A stretch of 63,366 nucleotides of DNA, the filler included, from Octopus bimaculoides (taxonomy: Eukaryota), in NCBI RefSeq assembly GCF_001194135.2. It is 5 parts of 4 records of this genome, joined end to end, with 100 filler letters (N's around TTAATTAATTAA, not from the genome) between each part and the next. Parts side by side here need not be neighbours in the genome. Positions count along the whole stretch, not along the records: positions 1 to 23,989 come from NC_068998.1; positions 24,090 to 29,499 come from NC_068985.1; 3 more parts are not named here. One strand, given 5' to 3'. Shown piece after piece: positions 13,375-25,941 of this stretch. The position numbers were made by a program, and so were the translations under genes. The notes under the pieces are model-generated. The model did not search any database, was not told the origin of the DNA, and saw nothing but the letters and a program-made list of their open reading frames with translations. The first letter of the stretch is position 1; every line of letters begins with the position of its first letter.

Positions 13375-14544
13375 AACGACAAACAAAATGAAGACAAATA
13401 TCCGTCAAATGTAAATAATGTAAATAGTGGAATTAAGTAGTTCGGTGGAGTTCTTGGATATTAAAAGAATATGAGGTCTTCCCTCTACACATAGACTACA
13501 TCTGTTTGATCCATTTATATTTACCGTGGTTTGCACCGTGATTCTGTATTTGATTGCGTGTGTTGTGCAGTTGGTATTCACATCCCAAACTTGGTTGGCC
13601 AACTTTGTGATTTCATTCTTATTCATGTGTGGGAAAGAAGACTGGTGGTTTTCGTGTCTTCTTTTAAAATTACCTTCGCAGAAACCAACGTAATTTTTCG
13701 TTTGAATTTACTTACTTTGGAGCATTGCTAAAACTTTAGGTTAATAAGCCACTGACTTTATCAATCATGCCTGACCGAGCAAGCATTTTAGTTTTGACTA
13801 TTAAAATTTGGAGTGCACTCCTGACGTGGCTTACGAGTGATAAAGTCTTTCATATTGGAGTATCAGTGCGTATTTACAGAGCGCCTATTGACAATGTTCT
13901 TGTATTTACCGTTAACTGCGAAATTCCTATCAAATAATGCCGCAAAATTTTGCCTATGGTTGCCTTAACGTTCAAAGTGAAAGAGAGGGCAAACAATATT
14001 ATTTTCCTGGATTTTTTCAATTACACACACAGGTTTCATATTTTTAATTGAAGCCATTGTTAGCCAAGGCACGGCTATTATAGGGGGTGCATTATTGAAT
14101 ATTTCCTAACAAGAAGAGAGATTAGATATCATATTACTGAAATTAGCTACACGGTTTTTAAATATCATAAGGGGTGACACGACTGTTTATGTACAAACGT
14201 AAGTTTTTCCTTCAGCTTATGATAGGGCTTATAAGAGCACCTATTTAAGTCCAGGGAAAATTTAAGAAATCAACATTTTAGAGATTAGAGGTAACAGTAA
14301 TTTTGACGTAAAAATTGATTGCAGTTATATATATGATATTTTGTACACAAACGAATGTCATGGGATGGCAACTTCCATTTCAGTCTATTTAATGTAGAGG
14401 GAGCTACTATGTCTCAGATTTCAGCATTGTCATACCATTCCATAACGTGTGTATATCAGATGAATGAGTGCATACGTGTAGGTGTCTGCCGTCTGTGAGT
14501 GTACCAGCTGACCGTAAATATATATTTGTATGTATGTGTGCATT

Positions 14545-14575
<31 letters not shown>

Positions 14576-14613
14576 TTATGCATGTATGTATGGATGTATG
14601 TATGCATGCATGC

Positions 14614-14646
<33 letters not shown>

Positions 14647-15149
14647 TGTATGAAAGTATTTGTGTGTGTGTGTGTATGTGTATGTATGTATGTATGTATG
14701 TATGTATGAAGCTGCAGATGTGTGTAAGATGGCCTGTGAGTAAGTGCCGGTGGTTTCAGCTCATTGGTGCGTGTGTGCGTCTTTACCCGGGTTCGTGTAC
14801 GTTTGGCAGTGTCTTTGTATCAGCCATGTATGAGTACACCCGAGCGCAGGTATGTGTAGATATGCGTCAGTTGATTATATCAGCTGTGTTTGTATCAGTC
14901 GCATATATGTGTCTGTGTACGAATACTTGTGCGTTAGCGCCTGTTGTGCAAGCGTGTGTGTGCAAACGTGTGTAGGGTGAATGTATGGGTGTGTGTATGG
15001 ATGACTGGTGAACATGAATATATACACTCCCGTATTTGTATGTATATGTATGGATGGATATATTCGTATTCTCCTGGAAGCGCATGTATACGTGCGTGTA
15101 TACATATACATTCATTAGTTCGGTGTTTGCTTGCACGAGCAAGACAGAG

Positions 15150-16050
15150 ATCCGGTAGTGTGGCTACAACGGCGTTTCTAAGGGAGACAAATTTAGAGTG
15201 GGATTGAAGTTTTGATAGTATTAAGGAGGAGGTGTTTTGGTGGTGTTGTTAAGAGGGTAAAGAAAGAGCGGAAAACCATGCGTACACGGGTGTATATATG
15301 TGACTGCACGCCCACGTATATGGAGACGGATGTGGGGAGTTCAAAGCGCATCATGTATCCTGCGTAGGCATCGGTGGTTAGGTATCTTGTTCTTAGTTGT
15401 GAAGCAGCTAGTATTGAGGTACAATAAATGTTAAGGTGGAATATATTTGGGTTGTTTGAGGACAGTGTTTTGAAATTCACCAGGAGGGTGTACCTCTGAT
15501 GGCAGCAATAAGATATGTCGCATTTTTTGTTGCCAGACACTGCAGGATAGTGGAGACAGAGCTAGCAATTGCGGTCTCCGCATGAGCACGTGGGGAACTT
15601 TTCGGTGGTGGTCAATTGAGTGTTGAGGATTTATTCCGGAGGTCACGAAGTCTCGAAAGAAAACAAGACAAAAAGGTGGAATTCTCTCTATTCCTGCATC
15701 TAAGTGTATATATATATACTGCGTGTATCTTCTCTTGCACTCATTGGTTGTAATGCACGTGTAGTCCTTTGTCTCATCACCGAATGTTGTGAGGGTGCTT
15801 AGAGCCGTTGCCAGGCGGCATTCTCCCAGAGGGCAGCTGGTAGAGTTTGGGAGACTGCATGGTGTTTAGAGGTCGTGTGGGTGCATGCTGTAGCATGCGA
15901 TGCTGGTGGACACTTCTAGGTTAAATGTAGGGTTGGAAAAGATTATTTTTCCTTTCTGGTCATCAAGACGAGTTTCGAGTAGCCATCGTGGGTTTCCTGC
16001 ATCTCTCCATTCCGTTAACTGAGAAGCTAGATTTCCGTAAATGACTAGGA
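15150..16050 (-). mobile_element. Highly degenerate second Penelope-like RT/endonuclease remnant
   Basis: Minus-strand frames give ETRLDDQKGKIIFSNPTF..YSMHP..SLPNS (thumb-like) and CSCGDRNC*LCLH (Cys-rich pre-GIY-YIG-like), with many stops and frameshifts. Confidence 0.4.
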
Positions 16051-16687
16051 AACTTTAAGTCTCATAGGGCCAAATCCAACTCTCTTAAATAATAAAACAT
16101 GTAGCACCTACAGAATGTGCTAAATGCCTCTTTGTTTGTTTATCCACTCATCCCTATATACATACACACACACACACACGTACATACGTATATATAGTCA
16201 TATATATAATTAATAGCAACAGAAGTATTATTATTACCAAAAGGTAATATACGAGAGTGCTTATATACATCCCAAGTTCATATGAGAGCTTTTCTCACGG
16301 TAACTATCGCAGTATTCTGTGCCCTAACAGAATATCCAATTTAAGTGGTGAAATATATATACATATATATATGTATATTTATACACACATACTTCAGTAC
16401 ACATGCACACACGCACAAGGGGCGCACACACACACACACATATATATATGCATTCTTATGACGCCGAAATGATCCGCCGAAATTTAGAAGTCACTGCCAA
16501 CTTTTTCATTGTAAGACCTTAAAATACAGTTCATATACTAAAAAATTTTGATTAATCCTTCAGTATAATGTTAAACTGATTTAATATATGACTTGATATA
16601 TAAACATACATTGATATATATTCTTATATTTATATGTATGCATGTGTTTGTATAGATATATATGTGTGTATATGTATATATTGGCTC

Positions 16688-16746
16688 TATTTTGTTTATA
16701 TATTTATTGTAAAATTATATTTTGTTTATATATTTATTGTAAAATT
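16688..16746 (+). repeat. Tandem duplication of a 30-bp AT-rich unit
   Basis: tattttgtttatatatttattgtaaaatt twice. Confidence 0.9.
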
Positions 16747-17378
16747 TTCGCCATCTGAAATATATGGCAGAAGTTAACATAACTGATTTATGTATGCGAT
16801 GCCTTAGATGTTTTAGTAGTGTCGTTTTTAATCTGCACCACATTAAGAAATTAATAAATGAAATTTCGAATGGAAAGGGATTCATTGACGATGTTAATGA
16901 GATGTTGGATAACCACATGTTCTTTGTTATATGAAGACCATTGGACATGAAAGCTAATGCTATCATAATATATAATATTCATCGATCAATAATGTATTGA
17001 CACGAATATTGATTTCATCACAGTGAAGTTTTTAAAAGGAGCTGCATAGTTGATTGAATTTACTCAATATACTTCCTCGGAATAGTATGAATACATTCGA
17101 CCTCAATTTGAGCTTAAGACGAATGCGTATGAAGATATATATGTTTAAGACATTTAGAGTCCTCTTCCAAGTTTCCGTGAATTCCGCTGGGTTTTGATAT
17201 TAGTTTGTGACACATTACTAGAAATAATGTATGTTAATTCGCTTAGGCTTCAATTCCTTTATTGACGTGTCTTACAGCGTGAGAGTACAGTTTTTTCTTG
17301 TAGAAAAGAACATTAAAGATCGTCAAATTATTCTAGCAAACGGCTGGATTAAAGAATCCTCATATATATATATATATG

Positions 17379-17427
<49 letters not shown>

Positions 17428-19091
17428 CATATGTATCTATGTACGTATTAATGGGTAAGGACATATTTCTCACGAATAATTAGATCTCGCGTTACAGTAT
17501 TGCTCAGCGTTATCTAAAACGTGTTGTAATTATGAATGCTAGCGGGTCCCGTGAATATTTCACCGAATTTATAGTAAACCTATTGACGTATTCCTGAAAA
17601 CTTTATCCAAAAATCTTGAAAGCATAGCTTGTGTTGTGTCTAGATCAAAAGATAGTCGCTCATTTGCTATTCACCGAGTAGTGAAGGAAATTGGAATACG
17701 ATGATTATTTAATGTACTTTATATATATANNNNNNNNNNATAGATTTAATACACAGCACTCATAAAATAAATATTCACTCTTACTTTTCCATTTTCCACA
17801 TAAACGGAAAAAATTACATCTTAAAATTTACATGGTCATAATTTCATATCTTGAAAACAAAAAAATTATAGTAAAAAAAATTATTTTATATATAAAGATA
17901 TAGGGATCACAATTTCACGAGGGAAAAACATGGTATACTCTGAAAGGACAGCTCAAAAGTTATATGATAGACATATGCTTCACTGTCTCATTTCTTTGTG
18001 CTTAAATAACCCCGAAGGTATTGCTTGAAAGGGGAAGGTTCAATGAAACTGTTGTGACTCATATAATATGTAACACTATTCAACAGTATCATGTGATGTG
18101 CAGTATGACTTAGATATTGATTTATACCTTAATAACAAAGGAAGTAACTTGAGGTAATTCTCTGTAGATTCACAACGATGATTCAGTTGCTCGATAAACT
18201 AAATTACCTGCTTATAAATCAGTGTCTAAATTGCTGAGCTTTTCAGAGGCACGCGTTCCTTAACGAAATCCTTTGGCAGAATCAGCTTGACAGTTTGTGA
18301 CTAAGCTGTACTTTTGCGATTCAGATGTACAACTCACTCGACGGAGTTGTACATAGTCTTGTCTTCCCAATTTCACTTATCATGTATGAGTCGCACCAAG
18401 GTGATAGAAAATGACAATCCTCCAAGAGGAAACGCAGTAGGATGGGAAACGGGACCTCAAGAATGCAAAGCAAACGTGAACATAAAGTTATGTTGCGCTG
18501 ACAATAGGCACGTATACTAAAAGTATGTTAATTGATATAAAGCTCAATTCACTCAAGAGTTTGCCCACCATGTTTCTCCAAGCTGAACAGAAACGTCCAT
18601 GACGTGAGGTAGAGAGAACGTAGTTGTAATTCTTTCACGGGATTAGTTGAAGGGAAAGACAGAACAAGAGAAAGAAAAAGGAGGGAGAAAAAGAGGATAA
18701 GGTGAAGAGTGGGGCAGAAAGAGAGAGAAAGAAAAGTGATGGGAGAGTGAAGAAAAGACGGAGAGAGAAGAGTCCATGACAAGTGGTGGGGTAACGTAAT
18801 ATTTATTACGTGGTTAAAAAAGTTAGTTGAAGGTGGTGATATAGAGGAGAGTTAGAAATATAATTTTAGCAGATGGGTGATGTTCTGACGAGATTAGAGA
18901 AAGGCAGAGAAAGCGAGAGAGTGAGAGAGAGAGAGACAGAGAGACAGAGAGAGACAGAGAGACAGAGAGAGAGAGGGAGATGGTGGTGGTGGTGGTGGTG
19001 GAGGTGGCGATGGTGAGTACATTGTGAAAACTAATTTGTTTTTAATTGAATTAAGTTTTTTATATCATCTATCACGTAACGCACGCACATC

Positions 19092-19360
19092 CCAAACTTA
19101 CCATTCACTTTAGAAAGAAATCAATTTCCCGTCCGCCTGCCATATGCAATGAATATCAATAAATCACAAGGTCAGACATTTGATAAAATGGAGCTTTTCA
19201 TGTCTGAACCTGTATTCGGCCTTGATCGGCTATATGCTGCATTCTCAAGGTCTCGCAAATAATCTGATGTGAAAGTTAAAGTTATCAAACTGGCAAACAA
19301 GGGAAAAGAAGAGGGAGAACTTACACAAAGAACATAGTCTGCAAAGAAGTATTGGATTGA
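19092..19360 (+). mobile_element. Helitron Rep/Hel PIF1-type helicase C-terminal remnant
   Basis: PNLPFTLERNQFPVRLPYAMNINKSQGQTFDKMELFMSEPVFGLDRLYAAFSRSR* shows helicase motifs V and VI. After a frameshift it ends YTKNIVCKEVLD*. Confidence 0.85.
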
Positions 19361-22149
19361 AAGAAGTACACAAACTGAAACGTGTATTGGCTCTGACGAT
19401 GATGTCCTTGTGTAAAGTGTGTTACCAATGAGCCAGACAGTGAGCTAACCTACCAGCTAATTCTCTGCTAACCTGGTTTTTGATTTCAGATTGAAATTAA
19501 TTCATTTCACAGACGCCTTTAATGTACAGGAAAAAAACCATAAAAAGTCACTGAATACATTTCCTTTTCCGCGTAAATATGTGATCTTATGACTAGGTAA
19601 AAATAAATAAATAAAATATATCGAAGCTTGCCACATTAAATATATGCTAGTCGTATATATTCATAATGATGTAGACTAGACAATTGAAAAATAAAGTTAT
19701 TTACTAAGAGCATACAAGTTTACAGGGAACGGGGTAGTAATTACTTTCCTACACTCAACGATCATTAGCGTACATATAATAAAAAAATGTAGACTAATGA
19801 CTAATTATATTGCTGCAATCGGTGCAACAAAAGATAAGTATCTTCCCTATGGACTTGGTACAGAGCAATAGTTCATTGTTTTATCACGTGACATGAATCC
19901 TAGACCCATATTGATTTGTTTAGCTGTGGTTGTTTTCATATTGATCTTCTTTGCATACACTTACGCCTGGTTAATATGTGCGGCCCAATCGATTAAATAC
20001 ATCAAGTATATTGATGATTCATATTTTTATTGACTCCTAGACATGAAATGCAAAGTTGTTTGTGGAAATTTGAACTCAGTTCACAAACTGCCTGTATTAA
20101 ATATAGTTAGTCTTGTGCACAACCGTTTGTGTCACTCCATCAATCTCCAGCGTTTTCAAAATTGAAAACTAATATTTGTATTTACATAATTATTGTCATT
20201 TGCATACTCTACATGCGATTACCATTGATTTATGTGCCATTTAAACTACATGTATCTCTGATACTAAAGTATAGTTTGGATGTTTCATGGACGACTTCAT
20301 CTTTTAAATGGTTGGTATCTTAAATTAAATTCAAAATAATTGTAAAACAAAACGTAAATAAGAATTAAGTTGAAACATATGTAACTCCCCTGGGAAATAA
20401 TAAAGTACTTATTTCCAGTGAAGAACCGAGGCTAAACAATGCTAACAGATATCACAAGTGTATATATGACTTTATGTTTCAGGCAGGCGCATGTCTACTG
20501 ATACTGAATTATGGCATCAACAACGATAGAAGAATTTATTATTTTATGTGTATAGTAATAGTGATTTTTATATACGTATATAAATATACGTATCTCCATA
20601 TCTATTTAAATATATGTGTGACAGTGCGTGTACAATTAAAGATATATGAAATAACATAGAGGATATATTCTTGACTTACTGAAATTACCTTCGCCACTAT
20701 GGATGATACCACAATCAGTTTATAACAAATGGGATCAACACTTATGTAGAGTTGGTCCCGATTGCCACCGTTACGTAGCAGTTGTACATATACAAAAAAA
20801 GTTTCAAATTTATTTATGGCCTAACGTAATTTACACAAATTCAATGGTTAATAGTACAGAGAAGCTCATGGCATGTATTTGAAAAGCAAAGATGAATAAA
20901 CGTGTATCAAATGCATGATTCGTTGAAATTAGCATCTCTTTTGCAGATTGTAAAACAATGCCTTTGTTACAGGTGGCACCAAATCTAAATGCGAATTAGA
21001 GATCATATCTAGATTCAACAATGCTACAAACTCAATATTTAAGGCGGAAAAAACAATATGGTTGTCTTAAGATAGAGGAGCAGCTGTTCACACGTACGTC
21101 CGCCACAATAGGTGTCGTCAGCACAATAGTTGTTCTACTTTATCTCTTGCAGACACTTAGAATATATGAAGAAAATATTATGAATACATTTCTTCCTTTC
21201 AAGTCTCTCAAATCTTTGCAGTAGTTCAAATAACCAAGGAAATATAGAATTATGTGTGTGTGTGGGGGGGGGGGACCTTGCTAGGTCAGTATAATCCGCA
21301 CACCCAAACAATATTAATTGAATATTGAATATCAAGTCTCCGTGCATGGGTGTTTGTACTTGATATTCCTGCTGTGGGTGCAGACAACGCAACCCAGTTA
21401 AGTGAAGATATCCGTTCTTGGTAATTCAGACCTGTNNNNNNNNNNNNNNNNNNNNNNNNNNNNNNNNNNNNNNNNNNNNNNNNNNNNNNNNNNNNNNNNN
21501 NNNNNNNNNNNNNNNNNNNNNNNNNNNNNNNNNNNNNNNNNNNNNNNNNNNNNNNNNNNNNNNNNNNNNNNNNNNNNNNNNNNNNNNNNNNNNNNNNNNN
21601 NNNNNNNNNNNNNNNNNNNNNNNNNNNNNNNNNNNNNNNNNNNNNNNNNNNNNNNNNNNNNNNNNNNNNNNNNNNNNNNNNNNNNNNNNNNNNNNNNNNN
21701 NNNNNNNNNNNNNNNNNNNNNNNNNNNNNNNNNNNNNNNNNNNNNNNNNNNNNNNNNNNNNNNNNNNNNNNNNNNNNNNNNNNNNNNNNNNNNNNNNNNN
21801 NNNNNNNNNNNNNNNNNNNNNNNNNNNNNNNNNNNNNNNNNNNNNNNNNNNNNNNNNNNNNNNNNNNNNNNNNNNNNNNNNNNNNNNNNNNNNNNNNNNN
21901 NNNNNNNNNNNNNNNNNNNNNNNNNNNNNNNNNNNNNNAAGAGATTCAGAAATATTATCTGCAATCGCAGGGGATTAAGGTACATTTTAAAAATAACGTC
22001 GACCACTAACGTGGACAATTAATGCGCTAGAAATAGATCACATTTTGTGTCTATTAAGACCTAAAAAGTTCTCAACATGAAATATAGCAGCATACAAAAA
22101 ACGTGAGCGGGCAAGACATTTAAAATCACCTAAAAAAATCATTATTAAA

Positions 22150-22208
22150 CAGGAACCAGGTTTCGGATTTAACAAATCCTTACCATTTGGCTATTCCTCA
22201 TCAGCCTG
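22150..22208 (-). ncRNA. Hammerhead-like motif with an 18-nt insertion between the core and stem II
   Basis: Minus strand CAGG CTGATGA [GGAATAGCCAAATGGTAA] GGATTT gtt AAATCC GAAA CCTGGT T CCTG. Stem I is CAGG/CCUG and stem III is near-palindromic ACC-U-GGU. Confidence 0.5.
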
Positions 22209-22313
22209 ATTTGTAATGTAGCAGCAATTATCAGAATCGTATACATAGTTGCCCACCGCCATGGGTGCGCGTGCATATGGTTCTGCTAATTACAGCTTAA
22301 TGGTAATATATAT

Positions 22314-22424
22314 ATAATAAAAAAAGAGTTACGACGCAAAAAACATATAGATTAAGTGAACATATTTATCTTCAATATATATTTCTGTATATATTTTTTT
22401 GCGTCGTAACTCTTTTTTTATTAT
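22314..22424. repeat. Perfect 30-bp inverted repeat with a 51-nt spacer
   Basis: ATAATAAAAAAAGAGTTACGACGCAAAAAA (22314-22343) and its exact reverse complement (22395-22424). Confidence 0.9.
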
Positions 22425-22559
22425 TATTATAGCCAAAAGGATCGATTCTTGAGGAGTCTACATACCTTCACAGTCGTTTTTTCTGTTATTTTGGTAATTT
22501 TTTGAGTTAGCTTACCAATTATTTTTGTTGGTAGTTAATTTATAATATATTGATATTAA

Positions 22560-22637
<78 letters not shown>

Positions 22638-23589
22638 ATTACCATTAGGTCATCCGTCGTTTCGTCGGTTACTAAGGACTTCCTCACATGGGAAAAAAAT
22701 TAGGAGCTATGTGTGTCCGGTTGTGGCTGATCAATCAGATGTGCACTCGGAAATTTCCCTCCGCAAGTCAGACATTGGTTGTTGGTCTGCTGAGATTGAA
22801 GGCGAGGAAAATGTTTCTGGACTTGCGTATTTCACATTTTCTTTGCGCTTCGACAATCTTGCTCTGTTCGTAGAACGTGACTCCTCTGTGAGTGCACCTT
22901 CCCCAGGAAAGGCAGTCTTGCGCTTGCGTATAAGTGTGAAGAAAGTAAAGAAAAAATTTATTTAAAAGGTTCGTAAAGTAGTGTATTAAATATAAGAATT
23001 TAGAATTTAGGCTAATAAGCTAATAAGGAATATGTATTTAAAATATAAGGGTATAAACATAAGGTATACGACTAGATACTGTCTCCTAATAATTTTAAAT
23101 ATAATTTATTCATTAACTGTATATCTAATTTCTAAATCTATTTTAACACTGTAACATTATAACAATGCCAAATTGTAATTGTCCTCCTTTTTTTTTCTAT
23201 TGTAATTTTATTACTACCTCTATTTCATTTATTTTAGAATTTTACTCCATTATTTCTCAAGGTCTTTAATACGGTAATGAATCTAAGTAAATTCAGTTTC
23301 CTCTGTCTTAATTCTTCTCACTAACATCCCCTTCCCCCTCACTCATTCTATTATTAAAATCCTATGCCTTCCCTGTTTTGCGAAGATTAAGCCGACATAT
23401 AGTCCCATAACATCTGATAATTTAGTAGGCTGACCTGACATTAACTGCTTCTCCCACCACCGACAAGTACACAGAAACATCTTACTTGAGATAAAAATCT
23501 AAGTGATCGGAGCCGATCCTTCCTCTATTGTTATAAGTTTTGAAAACTGGGTCACTTGGGACAAATATCTCCTCCTTCTACTATAAACT

Positions 23590-23720
23590 CTAATCTGTAT
23601 ATATAAAACTGAGAACGTGTGTTTGTCTGTCTGTATGTATGCATCACGAAAACGCGCGAACTAACTAAGCGATTTCATTAAAATTTTATGCATAACTTAC
23701 TGGGGGACATTGCAGTGTCA
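23590..23720 (+). mobile_element. Helitron-like 5' end fragment
   Basis: Starts tctgtatatataaaactgagaacgtgtgtttgtctgtctg, a TC...TATATATAAAA start followed by GTCT repeats. Confidence 0.4.
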
Positions 23721-23912
23721 TGGGCAGAAGGAATTTCCAACTTCTTGCTTATTGCGAGCCAGTAGCATTCCCTTATCCCTTACCCTATTTCAGTATTACG
23801 TGTCAACAGTGAAACTGTAACATTTCTATAGTAATGTGAGATACTTTCAGCTTAATAGTTTCACTATTAATACTGAAACTATTAAAGCGAACCTATTATC
23901 TCATATTTATTT

Positions 23913-23989
<77 letters not shown>

Positions 23990-24089
23990 NNNNNNNNNNN
24001 NNNNNNNNNNNNNNNNNNNNNNNNNNNNNNNNNTTAATTAATTAANNNNNNNNNNNNNNNNNNNNNNNNNNNNNNNNNNNNNNNNNNNN
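23990..24089. other. Artificial 100-bp scaffold join N44-TTAATTAATTAA-N44 (also 29500-29599, 46518-46617, 56787-56886)
   Basis: An identical 12-mer centred in 44+44 N at four places. It gives stop codons in all six frames. Confidence 0.95.
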
Positions 24090-24400
24090 AGCTGATGAAG
24101 GACGTGTTCTCTATGTGGCCTGTGTGTTTTCTGTGCTCTATTTATGTTCTGTTTCTCATTTTGGCCACTTTTTTTTTTTTTGCAACGTCCTGTACCCAGA
24201 TATGCATCTATATATACATGTTACCCTCCGAGACACAAGTCCGGTCAAGATTGGTTATGGAAGATCAGCAGGTGACCATGCATACCAGTCTCTCCTCTCC
24301 ACGCCACCGATGTTATCCAAGAGAAAGGCAAAGACCGATACAGCTTGGCACCAGTGACGTCGCAACTCATTTCTACAAATGAGTGAATCCCAACGCTCTA
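24090..24400. repeat. Interspersed repeat, SINE-like, unclassified
   Basis: A discrete unit ending ctcatttctacaaatgagtgaa, similar to the tail of the 2150-2440 SINE. Confidence 0.4.
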
Positions 24401-24500
24401 ACAACTAAATTATGCAACTAGATCTAGTTATAATCATATAATTAAGAATTATATTGCCAGTATCAATGTAATTATATTTATCATACTAATACTATGATAG

Positions 24501-25106
24501 TTCTTTCTAATTTTGGCATAATTTCGAGGGGAGGGGAAGACAATTACATCGACCTCAGTGCTCCTCTAGTACTTTATTTTATCGCCCCGTCAAAGGATGG
24601 AAAGCAAAGTCGACCTCGCCGGAATTTGAACGCAGAGCGTAAAGACGGACGAAATACCGCTAAGCATTTTGTCCGGCTGCCAACCATTCTGTCAACACGC
24701 TTCCTTTCTACTATAGGCACAAGGCCTGAAATTTCGATTCCAGTGTTATACTGATACTTAATTTATCGACCCCGAAAGGATAAAAGGCGAAGTCGACCCC
24801 GACCGGCATTCGAACTCAGAACGTAACGTCGGAAGAAATGCCGCTAAGCATTTTGCCCAGCGCAATAACGATTCTTATTTCTTTATTGCCCGCCAGGGGT
24901 TAAACATAGAGGGAACAAACAAGGATAGACAAAGGGATTAAGTCGATTACATCGATCCCAGTGCGTAACTGGTACTTAATTTATCGACTCCGAAAGGATG
25001 AAAGGCAAAGTCGACCTCGGCGGAATTTGAACTCAGAACGTAACGGCAGACGAAATACCACTAAGCATTACACCCGGCGTGCTAACGATTCCGCCAGCTC
25101 ACCACC
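24501..25106 (-). mobile_element. SINE cluster: monomer (24501-24700) plus dimer (24701-25106)
   Basis: Three copies of the main-family core. Dimer junction at 24874/24875. Head ggtggtgagctggcggaatcgttagcac. Confidence 0.85.
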
Positions 25107-25176
25107 TTTATAAATTAATACGTAATGCTATACTTTAATACTAGAATAATAATTATTATCGTTATTATATACTTCG

Positions 25177-25360
25177 TCATGGCAGAATCGTTAGAACCCC
25201 TGGCGAAATGCTCAGCGATGTTTCGCACGTCGTTCTGAGTTCAAATTCCACCTTTCTTCCTTTTTCGGGTTGGTAGATTAAGTGAAACACTAGGGTCGAT
25301 GTAATCGACCAGTCCCCTCTCCCCAAATTTCAGTCCTTGTTCATTTAGTAGAAAGGATTA
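25177..25360 (+). mobile_element. SINE monomer, main family, internally deleted
   Basis: tggcagaatcgttag (A box), gagttcaaattcc (B box), tail gtagaaaggatt. Confidence 0.8.
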
Positions 25361-25905
25361 TGTTCTTCGTCATGGAGAAGTTGCGATAAAATATAATACT
25401 AGTCCAGTACAGGGGCCACCAGTATCGGCTGCACTTCTCCCACCTCTCATAATTGCTAGTCTTATACTTAAATCATAAACTATAATATCTTTTGGCAATA
25501 AGATACGTACATAGGTCACTAAGAATTTTAACGAGATATTTCACTGAAAAGAAAGTATGCATGATTTTTTACCTAAATAATTTATTCTTTTATTTTTATT
25601 AACATTACCTTAAAAATTATCATTTCTTTTAGAATCATTAAATATATTTCATATTCTTTTTTATTTATACAACTTATTTAGTTATTCATTTCGTTTTCGT
25701 CATTTAATGTGAAAATTAACTGTGCAATAAATAGGATTGGAGCTAAAGTCTTCGTGAGGTGGTAGGTGTAAGGGAAATAACTCTATCAGTTTATTGCGTA
25801 GTTGTTTCCTCTTGATAGATTGACGTTATTTCCGTCAAGATTAGCAGCGACGGCTGTCTATCGACTCGCCCGCGTACAAACACACACACACACACACGCA
25901 CGAAT

Positions 25906-25941
<36 letters not shown>

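Larger units (their letters stand above)
13048..13427. mobile_element. Inverted pair of short non-autonomous Penelope-type units around an (ATT)n spacer
   Basis: Arms 13089-13224 (-) and 13293-13426 (+) are about 135-bp reverse complements. Each carries a hammerhead-like core. TGGAATT occurs at both flanks (13041-13047, 13428-13434). Confidence 0.8.
12960..14330 (-). mobile_element. Degenerate Penelope-like element (RT thumb, linker, GIY-YIG endonuclease), interrupted by a mini-element pair
   Basis: Minus-strand translations: KITVTSNL*NVDFLN..LDLNRCSYKPYHKLKEKLTFVHKQSCHP (~14170-14305); DRNFAVNGKYKNIVNRRSVN..YSNMKDFIT (linker); NYVGFCEGNFKRRHENHQSSF..TKLANQVW..RCSLCVE..ILL..LLNS (13427-13707). 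It resumes as RS..IFNKCKQMK left of 13041. Confidence 0.82.
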
